Shown piece after piece: positions 61,401-64,000 of a stretch of DNA of 64,000 bases. Each line of letters opens with the position of its first letter. The stretch's first letter is position 1. The position numbers were made by a program, and so were the translations under genes. The DNA is taken from assembly GCA_026936335.1 (NCBI GenBank), contig JAPMXV010000062.1:186001-250000 (forward strand), read 5' to 3'. This DNA is from Mantamonas sphyraenae STR306 (lineage: Eukaryota > Protista > CRuMs). Below the pieces are notes generated by a model that was given only the letters and a program-made list of their open reading frames with translations, ran no database searches and was not told where the DNA came from.

Positions 61401-61497
61401 CGAGATGAAGACCCGGGCACCACCTGAGCGCAAAAGAGAGAGAAACAAAAAACCACTGCGTTCATCCCATCCCATCCCGAATCACACATGCCCCTGA
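58431..61497 (+). CDS. Secreted/membrane redox protein: signal peptide - temptin-like - 4x FN3 - DOMON - cytochrome b561 (several 5' introns)
   Basis: GH..C.GGG.R..FG.AF...W...C..DADGDGKSNGDELGD.CC; FN3 W..P..NG..I..Y / L...T.Y.FRVRA.N; DOMON Met (GMKNVD) and His (FSKH); b561 His motifs HGLLM, HRAVQ, HGVLG, HAGVG. Confidence 0.85.
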
Positions 61498-62228
61498 CCC
61501 CGGTGTGCTTCGTCTGAGTCTGAGTCACGTTCGTTGTCTGTGACGCCACTGCGCAGCATGGTGCCAAACGCAGTTGCAACAAAGCCGCCCAAGGCCAAGT
61601 TGCCGTCTGTGGTCCCGTCTAGGCCGAAGCCACCGCTGGACGGATGGTAGTCGATGTGAACACGGTCATGAGGGATGGGTGCCTCGCAGCGGAGTGCGTC
61701 GGTGCGTCTGCGAGAACGGGAGGGCTTGGCAAAGCTGTCGACAACGTTGTTGAAGCCAAAAACGATGCAACACGGCGTGCAGGCGGTGATGCATGCTGCA
61801 ATAAACATAAGCCAGCGAGTGAAGGGTACGGAGTCGGGTTTTGTGTCGACGCGCTCAAGAACATAGTCGGAGGGTCGGTAGAAACACTGGAGGGAGTCGT
61901 TGCGCGAGCGCTGCGTGGTTTTGAAGTAGCATAGAAGCGGATCTGTGTTGCCGCAGGTGTGCACGTTATTCACTATCCTCTGAGTGGAATTGATGGGCTG
62001 GTCACGGCCAAGGGGTCTGTAGGAGTACTCGACGAGGAGTTCCCTGTGGCAACCCTTCATGCCGCACTCGTCGACGTAAATTGCAAAGTTGACGGAGCAT
62101 GTGACGGCTCCCACGCGTTCATTGTTGCTAATAAGCATATACCAGGCTGCCCACGTGGCTGCGCAGCCGACAAGGAGGAAGCCGACGCCCGAGAGGAGAA
62201 ACTCTATCCGCCTGACACGAAGGCCCAT
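61482..62228 (-). CDS. Two-TM protein with Cys-rich extracellular loop (DUF3592/BK-beta-like topology)
   Basis: TM - TC.V...C...C...V.Y...C...C...CFYRP - TM. Confidence 0.6.
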   Translation of the reverse strand: MGLRVRRIEFLLSGVGFLLVGCAATWAAWYMLISNNERVGAVTCSVNFAIYVDECGMKGCHRELLVEYSYRPLGRDQPINSTQRIVNNVHTCGNTDPLLCYFKTTQRSRNDSLQCFYRPSDYVLERVDTKPDSVPFTRWLMFIAACITACTPCCIVFGFNNVVDSFAKPSRSRRRTDALRCEAPIPHDRVHIDYHPSSGGFGLDGTTDGNLALGGFVATAFGTMLRSGVTDNERDSDSDEAHRGQGHV

Positions 62229-62305
62229 GTGCCCGTGGTTGGTTGCCGTGGCCACGTGTGCGCACAGGTGTAGGGCGAAAAGCAAGAGTGATGATTGGGT
62301 GTGCC

Positions 62306-63132
62306 TCACTTGTTGTGCTTGAGGTCGCTGTTGACCCTGTCCATGGCATGCTTGGCAGGCTCGTCGGCCGGGTAGGCGACAATGCGCTCCTTGAGGATGG
62401 CAATGAGCTTGTTGACAAAGCCATAGTTGATGGCCATGAAAAGAAAGAGGGCTGTGTTGAGGGCGATGGAGAGGGCTTGTTCGGCACGACGTGTGATCTG
62501 GGACTGGACCTCGGTGGGCAAGTGCAGGTCAGTGCTCTGGCAATACCCCTGTATGCACAGCTGGGTAACGCCGTTCAGGCGAACAATCTCGACAATGGTG
62601 ATGCCCAGGACGACCGTTTGCACAGCCCACGAGATCTTTGAATACTGTGGGCGGGCAGAAACGCAGCGTGAGTAACGGACGTCAACGGAGCCCTGCACGT
62701 GAAGTGCGTGCACAGGTTGGAGGGACAGAATGAGTGTGTGGGGCACATACAATCTCGAGAAGGAGCTGGTTTCGGCGGCGAGCGCCGATGATGGAGAGAA
62801 AGCCGAGGAGCAGTGGGAAACCCATCCACCAGAAGTTGGTAATAATCATAGCGACGCCACAGAGCTGTGGGGAAGGATGGTCCGGAATTGTAAGCAAGTG
62901 AAAAGGAAGAGTTGGGCGAACGAAAACACTCGCGGTGCATGACCAGGCGACAGAGGCAACGGGAACGTACCATAAAGAGGACAGAAGTGACGTAGATGCG
63001 GAGCACCTGGGGTTTGCAGGCCTTCTCCTCGGCCTGACGACGCTCACGGTACCAGTCAATGTCCACATCGTTGATTTGGTGCAGGGGATCGCTGGGATCG
63101 GGCATGGAGGGCACGATCTGGTTGCGACGCAT
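62306..63132 (-). CDS. Uncharacterised ~4-TM membrane protein (2 introns)
   Basis: Three hydrophobic exons joinable via GTACGT..ACAG and GTATGT..ACAG introns. Confidence 0.6.
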
Positions 63133-63332
63133 GACGACTGGAATTTGGGCCACATGGCGCGACCACTCGGCCAGCCTGAAAGAAGACCAGACCACACAGT
63201 CGCATGCTGCGAGGGAGTCGAACACGGAGAGTGACACGCCAGCTTGGCGGGGTGTTGACAAACGCCCGTGTGCTGGTGGCGAGTGGGCGGGAATCGGTGG
63301 TGGTGGTGGACACTGCAAGCCAGGCAGGTCGG

Positions 63333-64000
63333 ATGTTTTCGCGAGTCGCGCGAACCTCGGAGGCCCAGAGAGTCGGAGGCCCTGTGCGGGGCCTGGAACG
63401 CCGCACAGGCGTAGGCATGATGCAGAGGGGGCAGAGGACAGGCCAGGTCGTGCATCGGTGCTACTCTGGCCAGAGTGGCGGCGCGGGAAAGGCTGCGAGC
63501 GTGAGCGAGGGATTGGGTGCGCCGCTGTTCGGTGCAGCCCTAGGCTTTGCCGGCGCATACGCCGTGACCAACTGGACGAGCGACAATGGCCAGGGGCGGA
63601 CAAGCGACGTGCAGGCACGGGTAAGTGATTGAACGCATGCATGGGCGTGTGGCACAGGCGGGCTGTGCGGGCGTGCGTGCGCGAGGGTGGCGGGGAGAAC
63701 GAAATCGGGCCATGTCCGCTCAAACCTTCTTTGCGCCGTTCGGCAAATTGGCGTATACTCGCAGGATGAGAACGAGGAGCAGGAGAACAGCGAACCTACA
63801 CATCCACTGTACTCTGTGTTCTGCGAGTTTGCATCGGTGAACCGCGGAGGCGTGTGGATGATGACGCCCGAGGACTTCATTCAATCGCTGCTGCCCGACG
63901 AAGAGGGCTCGGCCAACGAGATCGACGCAGCCAACTTTATCGCTCTCTTCCGCCTGGCAGACCGCACACACACAGGACTCATCAGCTTCCAGGAGTATTT
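63333..64000 (+). CDS. Mitochondrial EF-hand protein, MICU-like (aralar/citrin-like N-terminus not excluded); intron ~63621-63765; 3' truncated
   Basis: Arg-rich presequence, hydrophobic segment, then VFCEFAS...MMTPEDFIQSL...LFRLADRTHTGLISFQEY. Confidence 0.7.

Overview
Gene-dense, GC-rich eukaryotic DNA with short GT-AG introns (donors GTGAGT/GTACGT/GTGCGT/GTAAGT, acceptors mostly CACAG). It probably comes from a flagellated protist, given IFT74, LZTFL1, CFAP45, CCDC15 and HAUS5 homologues; I cannot assign the taxon more precisely. I can support about 33 protein-coding genes and 3 tRNA-Gln genes, and the standard genetic code is used. The main structural feature is a ~4.05-kb near-identical inverted duplication (about 10781-14846 and 19898-23965). 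Each arm carries tRNA-Gln(CTG), HAUS5 and an ankyrin gene, and the arms enclose a ~5-kb core of tRNA-Gln(TTG), ACSF3, LZTFL1, HSBP1 and a renalase-like gene. Other notable signals: multi-kb G/C strand-skew domains independent of gene orientation; divergent gene pairs with start codons 43-58 bp apart (one pair possibly overlapping); a GRIP golgin with a higher-order 189/201-bp tandem array; a temptin-FN3-DOMON-cytochrome b561 fusion; a very long soluble fungal-type adenylate cyclase; tandem Rab32-family genes; and a predicted three-way-junction fold in the longest intergenic gap. At least 8 frameshifts fall at homopolymers or dinucleotide runs and are most likely assembly indel errors. All protein identities come from motif recognition by eye, not database searches.
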